64,000 nucleotides of DNA from Candidatus Woesearchaeota archaeon. GTDB lineage: Archaea; Nanobdellota; Nanobdellia; Woesearchaeales; GW2011-AR9. A model generated the notes under the pieces. The model was not told where the DNA came from. It ran no database searches and saw nothing but the letters and a program-made list of their open reading frames with translations. Position numbers and translations under genes: made by a program. This document shows, piece by piece, positions 38,911-49,145 of the stretch. How positions within the stretch are numbered: the stretch's first letter is position 1; each line of letters starts with the position of its first letter. The DNA is taken from assembly GCA_016188115.1 (NCBI GenBank), contig JACPIK010000002.1, positions 680,077 to 744,076 of the forward strand, written 5' to 3'.

Positions 38911-40191
38911 TCAAGGTTCATAAATAATCTTTTCACAAATCTCGCCACGCAAATTTTGACCAATAAGCCTCTTCACATCAGATGAAGAATAATTTGCCAG
39001 CAACCATGCCAATTTCACAAATGCCGTATTAGCCAACATATCTTCACCAGAAATAACACCTAATTCGAGTAAATCTCGTCCTTTGGAATACACATTCATG
39101 TTGACCCCGCCATAGATACATTGTGAAGTCATGACCACCACACAGCCACTCTCGATAACCCGTTTTAACGCTGGATAAATCTCTTTGTGAATTGCACATA
39201 ATTCATTAGGCAATTGCCCAGGCGTATGCCCTAAGCCGGTCCCCTCTATAACCAGACCTTTGTATCCTCTGAAAAACTCAAATTGTTCCGGAAACATATG
39301 AACATGAATCTTGAGTAACCCTACTTTATCTTCCATATTCGGTTTAATCACAAGAGAGGAAGAAACTCGCGGATACTCTTGAGTTAAGAAACACACTTCT
39401 CGTGTTGCATAGTCAACATGAGCATATGCCCCTACATTCACCGATTTAAATGCATCACGTCGAGAAGTATGTAATTTATACGTTTTTGTTGCAGGCAAGA
39501 TTACGCATTGATCGTCATTTTCGTGTGCATGCATACAAATCGCCACACCGCCAAAATCAGTTTTTGCAATAAACTCTGCTGCGCAAATAAGATTCATTCC
39601 CGCATCAGAACTACCACGATCAGAAGAACGCTGTGCGCCAACAAAGATAATAGGAACAGGAGTTGATTCAACAATAAACGAAAGAGCCGCAGCGCCAACT
39701 GCCAGATTATCTGTACCCATTCCGATGATAATTCCTTTCACACCTTTTTTGACATGCTCCTCAATTTTTTGCGCAATGAGCTTGAAATGAGGAAAACGTA
39801 GATCATCACTCCACATCTGCGCAATCAGTTCAGAATCAATGTTAGCAATATCTGTTAATTCAGGAAATAAACTAACTAAATCCTGCGGAGTAAAATTAGT
39901 CGCAACGCCACCTGTACGATAATCAACTTTACTTGCAATCGTTCCACCAGTATGTAAAATAGCAATCGTAGGTAAATCAGCGCGAGATGTTAGAGGAACA
40001 TGGGACAAAGCCTGTGGTGCATCGCCTTTCACAATAAGATCAATTCTCTCAATATCAACCCGTTCAAAACCCATATTGTATCCGTTTACAAGTTTGAGCA
40101 GCACAACACCTTCTTTTGGACTAGGCATAAGAATACCTTCTTCCTTTGAAGTTTTGGTAGTGATACGAACATGATCGCCAGGTTGAACCAT
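38911..40191 (-). CDS. gatD: Glu-tRNA(Gln) amidotransferase subunit D
   Basis: KLVNGYNMG, TGGTIASKVDYRTG, GTD, GAQRSSDRGSSD, KLHTSRRDAF; start MVQPGD at 40191. Confidence 0.95.
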   Translation of the reverse strand: MVQPGDHVRITTKTSKEEGILMPSPKEGVVLLKLVNGYNMGFERVDIERIDLIVKGDAPQALSHVPLTSRADLPTIAILHTGGTIASKVDYRTGGVATNFTPQDLVSLFPELTDIANIDSELIAQMWSDDLRFPHFKLIAQKIEEHVKKGVKGIIIGMGTDNLAVGAAALSFIVESTPVPIIFVGAQRSSDRGSSDAGMNLICAAEFIAKTDFGGVAICMHAHENDDQCVILPATKTYKLHTSRRDAFKSVNVGAYAHVDYATREVCFLTQEYPRVSSSLVIKPNMEDKVGLLKIHVHMFPEQFEFFRGYKGLVIEGTGLGHTPGQLPNELCAIHKEIYPALKRVIESGCVVVMTSQCIYGGVNMNVYSKGRDLLELGVISGEDMLANTAFVKLAWLLANYSSSDVKRLIGQNLRGEICEKIIYEP

Positions 40192-40279
40192 GAAGAATGA
40201 AAACAGGGGAGAATTTATATACGTTGCCCTAAAAAAGCAAGAGGTGGTTTCTTGAGAGTGCATTACGAGAGTATAAGAT

Positions 40280-41302
40280 ATGTCCCTATTACCCCCAGAA
40301 CTCATTAACAAAGCGTTAAATCTCGGACTTCTCAGAGTAAATGGCACTCGTCATGTTAATGCCCATTCTATTGATGTTCAAATAACCGACACCCTCTGGA
40401 CCGAACAAGACGGAGCCATCACTATCCCTCCAGAAGGATTCGTTCTTCAACCCGACCAAGTGTATGGAACAATTCTGGATCAAGCTATTCTTCTTAAACG
40501 CGAATTTATTGGAGAAATAACCACTAGAAGCAGTTATGCTCGCCTAGGAACCCGTTTAGACCCAGGACCGGCGAGTACAGATTTAACAATTGGAGGAGAT
40601 CGTGAATTCACCCCAAGATGTAATTTGGACACATTTGGCACCCATGTACGAATCTATCCTTACGAACCAATAGGACAAATATTTTTTCACACTCAATTAG
40701 AACAATTACTTGCAGAAGACATCAAAGCAGCCATGGATAGTGGAGATTTTGTAATATATAATGGCGATCGCCAACTCAGTAAGCGAGACGTAACATTTCA
40801 GCACGCACTCAAACTACACATGGATGATGTTATTCACGTTTATAAGAAAGGAAAGATCCTTGATACACGCGATAAAGACCATTCACAAGACTTTGAAACC
40901 GTTAACCTACGTGACCACCCTGAAGGATATTATCTTCCAAAAGGAGCATTCTTTATCTCTTCATCACGTGAAAAATTTGCAACGTCTAATAAGTGTGTTG
41001 CCTATGTAACACCAACAATCAATTTACGACCAGCAATGACTATAACTCAATATCCTGATCCCAACCATTTCACATTAGTTCCCTTCCTTACACATCCCAA
41101 TGCGCCTTATCATGCCTATGGATTAAATAATCTGCGACAAATGACATTTGAAAACTATGTCACACAACTCGAAGGAGTATATCTTCATGCAGGATGTAAA
41201 CAAGCAGAACTTGTTCTCGTACCATTTCTTAAACCAAGCGAACAAACCATGGGATCTCGTTATGCAGGACAGGTTGGCGCAACATTACGAAGAGCAGAAT
41301 AA
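40280..41302 (+). CDS. dCTP deaminase-like protein with duplicated trimeric-dUTPase-fold domain
   Basis: HSIDV, RSSYARLG, YPYEPIGQIFF; C-terminal RYAGQVGAT. Confidence 0.65.
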   Translation: MSLLPPELINKALNLGLLRVNGTRHVNAHSIDVQITDTLWTEQDGAITIPPEGFVLQPDQVYGTILDQAILLKREFIGEITTRSSYARLGTRLDPGPASTDLTIGGDREFTPRCNLDTFGTHVRIYPYEPIGQIFFHTQLEQLLAEDIKAAMDSGDFVIYNGDRQLSKRDVTFQHALKLHMDDVIHVYKKGKILDTRDKDHSQDFETVNLRDHPEGYYLPKGAFFISSSREKFATSNKCVAYVTPTINLRPAMTITQYPDPNHFTLVPFLTHPNAPYHAYGLNNLRQMTFENYVTQLEGVYLHAGCKQAELVLVPFLKPSEQTMGSRYAGQVGATLRRAE

Positions 41303-41332
41303 TAATAATAATAATAATTTAATAATAATAAT
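41298..41332. repeat. (AAT)7 plus further AAT units starting at the dcd-like stop codon
   Basis: Seen directly. Confidence 0.85.
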
Positions 41333-41462
41333 TATAACAAATCCCAAAACAACACCGTTTCTACTATCTTTGCATTTTCTGCCTTTTCCACCTCTGCTCA
41401 TACTAAATCTTTAAATAGCCCTTTCTTTGAAAGAACAACAAAATCAAAAATAGGTGGTTTAT

Positions 41463-42872
41463 ATGCAACATCAAGATTACAAAGTAAAAGACATGTCCTT
41501 AGCAGATTGGGGACGTAAAGAAATTACCATTGCCGAAAAAGAAATGCCTGGGTTGATGGCACTACGTGAAAAATATGGGCACAAAAAGCCACTCCAAGGC
41601 GCTCGTATCACAGGGTCATTACATATGACCATTCAAACAGCAGTGCTTATCGAAACATTAGTTCATCTTGGCGCCCAAGTACGCTGGGCATCATGTAACA
41701 TTTTCTCTACTCAAGATCATGCAGCATCAGCAATTGCTCATGCAGGAATTCCGGTCTTTGCTTGGAAAGGAGAAACACTTGAAGAATATTGGTGGTGCAC
41801 TGAAAAAGCGCTTGATTTTGGCAATGGAAAAGGTCCAACTTTAATTGTAGATGATGGTGGCGACGCAACCATGATGATTCTCAAAGGAGTTGAAATTGAA
41901 AAAGATCACACCATTTTAAGCAAAGATTATAGTCACGAAGGCGAAGATTACCAAGAACTAATGAAATGCCTCAAAGCGTTCTATGTTAAAAACCCTTCAC
42001 ACTGGACTAATGTCGCAAAAGAAGTGAAAGGCGTTTCGGAAGAAACCACTACCGGAGTACATCGTCTCTATCAACTACGCGATCAAGGTAAATTACTCTT
42101 CCCCGCAATTAATGTTAACGACTCCGTCACTAAATCAAAATTCGACAACTTGTATGGTTGCCGTGAATCATTAGTTGATGGAATTAAACGCGCAACTGAT
42201 GTTATGCTCGCAGGAAAAGTCGCTGTTGTTGCAGGGTATGGAGATGTTGGTAAAGGCTGCGCCCAATCACTCAAAGGGTACGGCTGTCGCGTCATAATTA
42301 CCGAAATTGACCCTATCAATGCACTTCAAGCAGCCATGGAAGGGTATGAAGTGAAAAAAATGGATCTTGCAGCAAAAGAAGGGGATATTTTTGTCACCAC
42401 CACAGGCAATAAAGACATCATCGTTGATCGACATTTTACCATGATGAAAGATCAAGCCATTGTCTGTAACATAGGTCATTTTGATAATGAGATCGATATG
42501 CATTGGCTCAATGCAAAATCTGACGCAAAACGGCTTAATATCAAACCACAATACGATAAATACACATTTAGCAACGGTAAAGAAATTTACATTCTCGCTG
42601 AAGGTCGACTTGTCAACCTTGGTTGCGCAACGGGACATCCATCATTTGTTATGAGCACCTCGTTTACTAACCAAACCCTTGCTCAAATTGAATTATGGAC
42701 GAAGCCACATGAAATTGGCGTGTATGTTCTGCCTAAAATTCTTGATGAAGAAGTAGCTCGACTACACTTAAAGAAAATAGGCGTTGAGATTGATGAACTA
42801 ACCGATTCACAGGCAGCATACTTAGATATTGCCAAAGGCGGACCATATAAACCAAACCATTATCGGTATTAG
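41463..42872 (+). CDS. ahcY: Adenosylhomocysteinase
   Basis: [52 protein letters not shown]-terminus. Confidence 0.98.
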   Translation: MQHQDYKVKDMSLADWGRKEITIAEKEMPGLMALREKYGHKKPLQGARITGSLHMTIQTAVLIETLVHLGAQVRWASCNIFSTQDHAASAIAHAGIPVFAWKGETLEEYWWCTEKALDFGNGKGPTLIVDDGGDATMMILKGVEIEKDHTILSKDYSHEGEDYQELMKCLKAFYVKNPSHWTNVAKEVKGVSEETTTGVHRLYQLRDQGKLLFPAINVNDSVTKSKFDNLYGCRESLVDGIKRATDVMLAGKVAVVAGYGDVGKGCAQSLKGYGCRVIITEIDPINALQAAMEGYEVKKMDLAAKEGDIFVTTTGNKDIIVDRHFTMMKDQAIVCNIGHFDNEIDMHWLNAKSDAKRLNIKPQYDKYTFSNGKEIYILAEGRLVNLGCATGHPSFVMSTSFTNQTLAQIELWTKPHEIGVYVLPKILDEEVARLHLKKIGVEIDELTDSQAAYLDIAKGGPYKPNHYRY

Positions 42873-42879
42873 GATTATA

Positions 42880-42916
42880 TTTTTAGTTTAATTTATTTTT
42901 TTCCATTTCTTTTTTG
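42880..42916 (+). terminator. T-rich archaeal terminator after ahcY
   Basis: Several oligo-T tracts just after the stop. Confidence 0.45.
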
Positions 42917-42922
42917 TTAACA

Positions 42923-43333
42923 TTATCTTAAGATTGAAGAACCGTTCACGTTCATTGCTAAAAGAAGTTTATAGGTACTACCACACACGATATACAAACC
43001 AGAATTAGAAGTCTGTGGAGCAATAATTGAAAATCTACTTCGCTGTAATGGAAGTCGAAGAATATCCCTATAAAGAGCCTCCTCACCAGTATGTTGTGCC
43101 TCAAAATCAAGAAAGAACGCGTTCTCGTTTTCACTAAAACTAACAGAACAAAGTCTTCCTTGAATAAGATCTGTGTGATCCCAACCCTCTGCTTCTAATC
43201 TTGTGTGCATAACAAAACCACATTGATAGAAATGACCATCTGCAACAGCGTTCATGATTTTAGTTCCGCTTGCATGAGTTAACGTTTCTAGATTAGGTTT
43301 AGCATTATCCTCAGTAGATTGTAAATGGTACAT
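42923..43333 (-). CDS. Hypothetical protein
   Basis: gaggga RBS; no motif recognised. Confidence 0.5.
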   Translation of the reverse strand: MYHLQSTEDNAKPNLETLTHASGTKIMNAVADGHFYQCGFVMHTRLEAEGWDHTDLIQGRLCSVSFSENENAFFLDFEAQHTGEEALYRDILRLPLQRSRFSIIAPQTSNSGLYIVCGSTYKLLLAMNVNGSSILR

Positions 43334-43433
43334 TTTTCCCTCAAAACAGAGCCTATTTTTATGTATTTAGAAGATTATTCTCACACATCACGAAAATACA
43401 TATAAACCAATTCTTCCATTATGATATTAACCT

Positions 43434-45041
43434 ATGAAATACCACGACCTTACGCTTCCGTTCAATTCTTCCATTCCCCCTTTCCCAGGTGATCCTGCAA
43501 CAGTTATTGAACACTATGCCACAATTGAAAAAGAAGGATGGAATGAATTACGCATCACCTTCAACAGTCATATTGGAACTCACATTGATGCGCCATTCCA
43601 TATGATTGCTAAAGGCAAAAAATTAGATCAATTTCCTATTGAAACATTTATTGGCGAATGTATCGTTCTCACCCTAGATCAACCAGATCTCCATTTAATA
43701 AAAGAAGGAGATATTGTATTATTTTATACGGGGCATATCAAAAAAATAGGAACAAAACAATTTTTTGAAAAAAATCCCATTATTTCCCTACCATTAGCAC
43801 AGCGTTTAGTTGAACGAAAAGTCCGCATTGTTGGCATAGATTCATACACAACGGATAATGCCCCATTTTATGTTCATAAATTTCTCTTTCAGAAAGATAT
43901 TTTAATCGTTGAAAATCTCACCAAATTAGAGACACTCGTTGGTAAACGCGGCGAGTGCATCATTGCGCCACTCAACATATCAAACGCAGATGGCGCGCCT
44001 TGTCGAGTAATTGTAAGAGAGATAGAAGAGGAGAAAAAGATGAACAAAACAAACGATGTAATTGGAATGGGTAGCCTGCTCATGGATCTACTCATTGAAA
44101 TTGATGATCAAAAACTCATTGAAATGGATTTACGCAAAGGAGAAATGCATCTTGTAGATCATGATAAAGCAAAATCAATACTGCATAAAATTGAACAACA
44201 AAAAGTAACCATTGAACAATGCCCAGGAGGTTCTGTTGCCAATACCTTGCGCGGAATTGGTCTGTTGGGAGGAAATGTTATTTGTTGTGGAAAAGTAGGA
44301 AACGATAAACATGGTGATTATTATATTGAACAGATGAGAAATCACAAAGTACTTCGTAATTTCACCAAACACAACGCCGTAACCGGACACGCCATCGCAT
44401 TTATTACTCCTGATGCTCAACGCACTTTCTCGGTTCATTTAGGAGCAGCAATCGAATTAGGCAAAGAAGACGTCATTGAAGAAGACATCGCCAAAAGTAA
44501 AATCTTACAGCTTGAAGCATATCAATTAGAAGGAAAAACACGAGAAGTCGTTCTTCATGCGATCCAATACGCAAAAAAACATGGCACTCTTGTCTCATTA
44601 GATCTAGCAGACCCAGGATTAATTCGTCGTAACAAAGAATTTCTCATGACACTTCTTAAAGATAAAGTAGATATTATTTTTGCAAACCAACAAGAAGCAA
44701 AAGAATTTACGGGAAAAGACGATGTTCATGCTCTCACTGAGTTAGCAAGACATTGTAAAACTGCAATTGTCAAACTTGGTGCTGAAGGCTCATTAATTGC
44801 TCATGACGGGGAAATAATCATGGCCCCTGCATTTACCGCAAAACCAGTTGACACAACCGGTGCTGGCGACACCTATGCCGCAGGATTCTTGTACGGCTAC
44901 TGTCATAACTGGCCATTACAAAAAGCCGCCGCATTAGGATCACTCATGGCTGCAAAGATCGTCGAACAGAAAGGAGTCAGACTAGATCGAATCGACGTAT
45001 TAAATCTCAAAAAGCAGATAGAAGAAATGCAGATAAATTAA
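43434..45041 (+). CDS. Fusion: cyclase-family (kynurenine formamidase-like) metal hydrolase + PfkB/adenosine kinase-like sugar kinase
   Basis: HIGTHIDAPFH, GIDS, IVENL, DGAPCRV; then GGSVANT, GKVGND, NQQEA, VDTTGAGDTYAAGF. Confidence 0.88.
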   Translation: MKYHDLTLPFNSSIPPFPGDPATVIEHYATIEKEGWNELRITFNSHIGTHIDAPFHMIAKGKKLDQFPIETFIGECIVLTLDQPDLHLIKEGDIVLFYTGHIKKIGTKQFFEKNPIISLPLAQRLVERKVRIVGIDSYTTDNAPFYVHKFLFQKDILIVENLTKLETLVGKRGECIIAPLNISNADGAPCRVIVREIEEEKKMNKTNDVIGMGSLLMDLLIEIDDQKLIEMDLRKGEMHLVDHDKAKSILHKIEQQKVTIEQCPGGSVANTLRGIGLLGGNVICCGKVGNDKHGDYYIEQMRNHKVLRNFTKHNAVTGHAIAFITPDAQRTFSVHLGAAIELGKEDVIEEDIAKSKILQLEAYQLEGKTREVVLHAIQYAKKHGTLVSLDLADPGLIRRNKEFLMTLLKDKVDIIFANQQEAKEFTGKDDVHALTELARHCKTAIVKLGAEGSLIAHDGEIIMAPAFTAKPVDTTGAGDTYAAGFLYGYCHNWPLQKAAALGSLMAAKIVEQKGVRLDRIDVLNLKKQIEEMQIN

Positions 45042-45058
45042 AAAAAAGTAAGAACAAA

Positions 45059-45457
45059 ATGAAAAAATATCTCTGCCCAAAAGAATTCACACCTACAATG
45101 GGTTCCTATTCTCATGGAATTAGTGTGGATGTAGGCGATTCTCAAATGATCTTTGTTACAGGACAAATCGCCATGGATAAAGATGGAAACGCAGTCGCGC
45201 CAGATAACATAATCAAGCAAACGGAATTCGTATTTCAAAATATTGAAAAAATTCTTCACGAAGCAGGAGCATCATTAGAACATGTTGTCAAAGCCGTGAT
45301 TTATGTTACTGATATTTCCAAATTTAAAGAGATTTCAGCCATTAGAAATAAGTACTTTGCAAATTCTAAGCCAGTAAGTACATTAGTAGAAATCAGCAAA
45401 ACCGTAAAAGTTGGTTGCGATATTGAGATCGAAGTAGTTGCGATTAAGAAAAAATAG
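45059..45457 (+). CDS. RidA/YjgF family protein
   Basis: YSHG, FVTGQIA, IEIEVVA. Confidence 0.88.
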   Translation: MKKYLCPKEFTPTMGSYSHGISVDVGDSQMIFVTGQIAMDKDGNAVAPDNIIKQTEFVFQNIEKILHEAGASLEHVVKAVIYVTDISKFKEISAIRNKYFANSKPVSTLVEISKTVKVGCDIEIEVVAIKKK

Positions 45458-45466
45458 AGGAGCACC

Positions 45467-45841
45467 ATGAAATCAGTTTTTATCGCTAGTTCACGCAAGT
45501 ATTATGATTCAGTAAAAGAGATAAAACATACACTTGACACCCTGCACGTAAAAGGTTTCTACCCTGATTTTGATTTCCAAGATGAAAGAGCAGAGAAAAA
45601 CGAAGAACTCAAGAAAAAATTAACATTAAAACACTTTCCTGAAATTGATCAAGTCGATGTTCTCTATGTTTATGCAAAAGAGGGTTATGTAGGATATTCA
45701 GTTACTATTGAAATTGCGTATGCCTACGCTAAAAGAAAAGAAATAATTAGCTCAGAAGAGATCAGAGAATTAGGAGTAAAAGCATTAGTTTCAAAGGTTA
45801 TGAACCCAGAAGAATTTGTAAGATATGTCTCTAAGGATTAA
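45467..45841 (+). CDS. Nucleoside 2-deoxyribosyltransferase-like protein
   Basis: VFIASS...IDQVDVLYV...GYVGYSVTIEIAYAYAKRKEI pattern. Confidence 0.6.
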   Translation: MKSVFIASSRKYYDSVKEIKHTLDTLHVKGFYPDFDFQDERAEKNEELKKKLTLKHFPEIDQVDVLYVYAKEGYVGYSVTIEIAYAYAKRKEIISSEEIRELGVKALVSKVMNPEEFVRYVSKD

Positions 45842-45911
45842 GAGATACGGCAAGATGATTAAAATTTTAAATTCTGGAAAATTTTATAAGAAGTAGAAGC
45901 ATTATGAATCC

Positions 45912-46433
45912 ATGATTGAAGTAGAGTTAAAATTTCTAGATATCAACATCCCCCAAATAAAAAGAAAACTACAAAATATTGGGGCAAAGTTGGTGTACGA
46001 CCAGCAGATTGAATCTCATTCTTTTGTAAAAGAAGGTTTCCATAGCAGCGATTCTCATCAAAAGTATTTACGTGTACGAAAAGCAGGAGATGAAATTACT
46101 CTTACCTACAAAGAACCGGCGAGCAAATCGGATATGGGCTCTCGAGAAGAATTGGAAGTTAAAGTGAATAATTATAACAACATGATTACAATTCTTGAAG
46201 AAATAGGTTTTCAAAAAGAAAAAGCTTTTCGCAAACATCGGATACATTATGAGTTAGGCAACATTAAATTCGAACTTGATACCGTAGAAAATATTCCAAC
46301 CTATCTTGAAATTGAAACACAAACCAAAAAAGCAATGAGAGAGATTTGTAAAAGGTTAGATATAGATATTAATTTTGGTAAGAAAGGAACTATTGTAGAA
46401 ATATTGCCAGAGAAATTTATATCGAAGAAATAA
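45912..46433 (+). CDS. CYTH-domain protein (class IV adenylate cyclase-like / triphosphate tunnel enzyme)
   Basis: IEVELK, LRVR, LTYK, REELE, ELDTVE...YLEIE. Confidence 0.88.
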   Translation: MIEVELKFLDINIPQIKRKLQNIGAKLVYDQQIESHSFVKEGFHSSDSHQKYLRVRKAGDEITLTYKEPASKSDMGSREELEVKVNNYNNMITILEEIGFQKEKAFRKHRIHYELGNIKFELDTVENIPTYLEIETQTKKAMREICKRLDIDINFGKKGTIVEILPEKFISKK

Positions 46434-46450
46434 ATCTATTTATCTAAAAT

Positions 46451-47500
46451 CTACTTATACATTCTTTCAATCGCTTTCTTAATCTCATCTTGATGAGGTG
46501 CCAATGTCTTTGGCTCAGCAGCGACGACAGCAGGAACACTAACAGCAGGTTTCACCACAGCAACTTCTTTCACTTTCTCTGCTTTAATATTCCACGTCTT
46601 ATCTTTGATCTTAGATTGAATAGAATCCAAATTATACGTTGCTGGTTTTGGTTGCCAATGCATATCTTTCAATGAATCATCAGCAAAACGAGCTAACACA
46701 TGCGCAACCAATCCACTTCCAGGATTGTCATCGCTGTTACCAGATTTAATCACAATGTTTGTTCCTTGCGCACCTAGACCTTCAAAAAGAGCAGATGCTG
46801 CCATGGAAGCGACAGTAAACAGATGCGCCCCACTCTCCCCATTTAACTTACTGAAATCTTTTGTTTCTTCTTTAGAATAAATTTCTATATGTCCTTCGAC
46901 AACACCTTTGGCAGGAACAATCACTAAAACTTTTTCATCTTCATAGAGCAACGTATTCTTTGTTGCAACATCTTTTAATTTATCAGATCGTCCGCCAGAT
47001 CCAGTATGCCAGCTCGCCGGACTGCGTTTAAAGTGAGCTCCCATCATTGCAGGAAAATTTTGTACAAACAGTTGCTTTTTATCATCTTTCATGACTGCTT
47101 TGCGTTTGTCAAAAAAGAAATTGAAGAAACCATCTTTCTCCTCACGAGGTAAGATGTGAATCAAAAAATGTGGTGCCTGTTGACCAGCAACGCCACCATT
47201 CGCAATAAAAATGTTACAGCCCGTAGAAATAATGCCACCCATAACGGCTTTGGTCATCTGCGGCAGTAACCCATACAGATATGCAGATTCTTCTGGAGAC
47301 ATGTAAGGCGCAATAGGATAATGCTCTTTAGGCATGAAGAGAGTATGACCTTTAAGAGCAGGATAAATATCAAGCATGGCAATAGTTTTAGAATCCTCAA
47401 AAACAGTCTTTGCCTTCATCTCACCAGATATTAATTTACAGAATACACACTGTTTCTTTTGTTCATCGAGTTGTTTCTTTTGCTCTGGTGTTAGTTGCAT
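46451..47500 (-). CDS. Tandem HIT-domain protein (histidine triads degenerate)
   Basis: CVFCK, LDIYP..GHTL.PKEH, NG..AGQQAPHFLIHILPR; second weaker HIT copy. Confidence 0.8.
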   Translation of the reverse strand: MQLTPEQKKQLDEQKKQCVFCKLISGEMKAKTVFEDSKTIAMLDIYPALKGHTLFMPKEHYPIAPYMSPEESAYLYGLLPQMTKAVMGGIISTGCNIFIANGGVAGQQAPHFLIHILPREEKDGFFNFFFDKRKAVMKDDKKQLFVQNFPAMMGAHFKRSPASWHTGSGGRSDKLKDVATKNTLLYEDEKVLVIVPAKGVVEGHIEIYSKEETKDFSKLNGESGAHLFTVASMAASALFEGLGAQGTNIVIKSGNSDDNPGSGLVAHVLARFADDSLKDMHWQPKPATYNLDSIQSKIKDKTWNIKAEKVKEVAVVKPAVSVPAVVAAEPKTLAPHQDEIKKAIERMYK

Positions 47501-47544
47501 TGTAAGATTAATAAATCAGAATTCACTTAAGAATTTTATGATGT

Positions 47545-48009
47545 TTATGCAGGAGTATCGGCTGGTACTATATATTTTTGAAAATCTTTAGAGGAAATAT
47601 CATAAGAATAATCTTCTAAAATTTTTGGGAGTAACAAATCACTAATTCTAGGAAGTTTGGACTTTTGAGGTCTGAAATAAGAAAATGATGGATATAGAAC
47701 GCTATTAAAATTAGGAAAACGAAAAAAATCTATATTTAAATTAATCTCTGCCGGTAATGGTGGCAAATATTCTTTATCTGTTTGCGTAGGAGCTACTGGT
47801 TCGCTAGCCGCAGCAACTCGTCCATCTAAATCAGCTTGATAATCTGCACCCATCTTAGGACGACCGACTTGAAGTGGAGCTGGTCGTTCCATAAAACCAG
47901 CGAAATCATACATTGTTTCAGGATTACCACTCGCTTGCGCTTGAGCAATCCACCTATTGTGAGCTGCTTCAAAATGAGGTCCACGTCTTGCAGGAGGAAG
48001 ATAATCCAT
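47545..48009 (-). CDS. Hypothetical protein
   Basis: Pro-rich ORF between tfb and the HIT gene; no motif recognised. Confidence 0.45.
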   Translation of the reverse strand: MDYLPPARRGPHFEAAHNRWIAQAQASGNPETMYDFAGFMERPAPLQVGRPKMGADYQADLDGRVAAASEPVAPTQTDKEYLPPLPAEINLNIDFFRFPNFNSVLYPSFSYFRPQKSKLPRISDLLLPKILEDYSYDISSKDFQKYIVPADTPA

Positions 48010-48087
48010 AAATCAGAGAAAATAGCTTTTCTTTAAAAAGCTTTTGAGTATTACTACTGGAAAGAGACAAAAATGATAAATCCAAAT

Positions 48088-49011
48088 TTATTTCTTCTTA
48101 ACCTTCTCAACATTCTTGCCGAGCTTCAATTTCTTAATCAATTCTTTGTATCGATTACGAATGGTTACTTCAGTAACACCAGCAACATCAGCAACTTCAC
48201 GTTGAGTTCGTTTCTCACCATGAATTAAAGAAGCGACATATAATGCAGCAGCAGCAATACCCGTTGGACCTCGACCAGAGGTTAACTCAATATCACGCGC
48301 CATTTCCAGAATCTCAACAGCATGGGATTGTGTTTCAGCCGAAAGCTTCAACGCAGACGCAAACCGAGGGATATAATCCGCAGGATTGCTTGGTTTGATA
48401 TTAATCTCTAGTTCACGAGTAACAAAACGATACGTTCGCCCAATTTCTTTCTTCTCAATACCAGACGCTTCACCCATCTCATCAAGAGTACGAGGAATTT
48501 CATGACGTCGACACGCAGCATACAATGCTCCAGCAATGACCGATTCCATAGAACGACCGCGAACTAACCCTTTCTGAACTGCGCGGCGATAAATTCGCGC
48601 TGCTTCTTCTTCAACAGAACGAGGAAGACGTAAAAATGAACTCACCCTCTTCAGCTCAGCCAAAGCAACTTTCAAGTTACGTTCAATTGCCGTGCTAATA
48701 CGAATATTCCATTTACGCAAACGGAAAAAACGATCTCGTTCTTTTTCAGAACCTAATTTGTAAAGATCAGATGAAGAACCTACTTCTGTTCCTAAACCTT
48801 GATCAAATTGAGTCTCGGAACTAGGAGCCCCTGTACGTCGTCGGCTTCCACCGCTATCATCATCAAAATCACGCCATTCCTGACTAAAATCAACCATACG
48901 ATCTTCAAGAACAAGACCGCAATCACGGCAGATGGTTTCACCACGTTCAACATCACGATGGATGTTTTTACTGGCACATTCAGGACATTCTTTGATGGAT
49001 TTACGAATCAT
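48088..49011 (-). CDS. tfb: Transcription initiation factor IIB
   Basis: CPEC..CRDC Zn ribbon, EWRDF B-reader, two cyclin repeats with GRS and GRGP, TQREVADVAGVTEVTIRNRYKE. Confidence 0.98.
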   Translation of the reverse strand: MIRKSIKECPECASKNIHRDVERGETICRDCGLVLEDRMVDFSQEWRDFDDDSGGSRRRTGAPSSETQFDQGLGTEVGSSSDLYKLGSEKERDRFFRLRKWNIRISTAIERNLKVALAELKRVSSFLRLPRSVEEEAARIYRRAVQKGLVRGRSMESVIAGALYAACRRHEIPRTLDEMGEASGIEKKEIGRTYRFVTRELEINIKPSNPADYIPRFASALKLSAETQSHAVEILEMARDIELTSGRGPTGIAAAALYVASLIHGEKRTQREVADVAGVTEVTIRNRYKELIKKLKLGKNVEKVKKK

Positions 49012-49080
49012 ACAGCTTATCCTTCCCTAGCCAAAATAACCTGCTAGAACGCTAAATTTATATATGATCTTCAAAAGTCA

Positions 49081-49124
49081 TTTATAAATCTTTCGAAAAT
49101 AAAGCTCACAGAAAGATTTATAAA
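49081..49124. promoter_or_regulatory. Back-to-back divergent BRE/TATA promoters (tfb and mini-pilin) forming a perfect 14-bp inverted repeat
   Basis: tttataaatctttc (49081-49094) and gaaagatttataaa (49111-49124). Confidence 0.65.
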
Positions 49125-49145
49125 AGTGCTAAGAATCATTTTAAC

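Noticed and set aside
40192-40347. N-terminal extension of GatD
   Set aside because: Crosses the divergent promoter region and the start of the dcd-like gene
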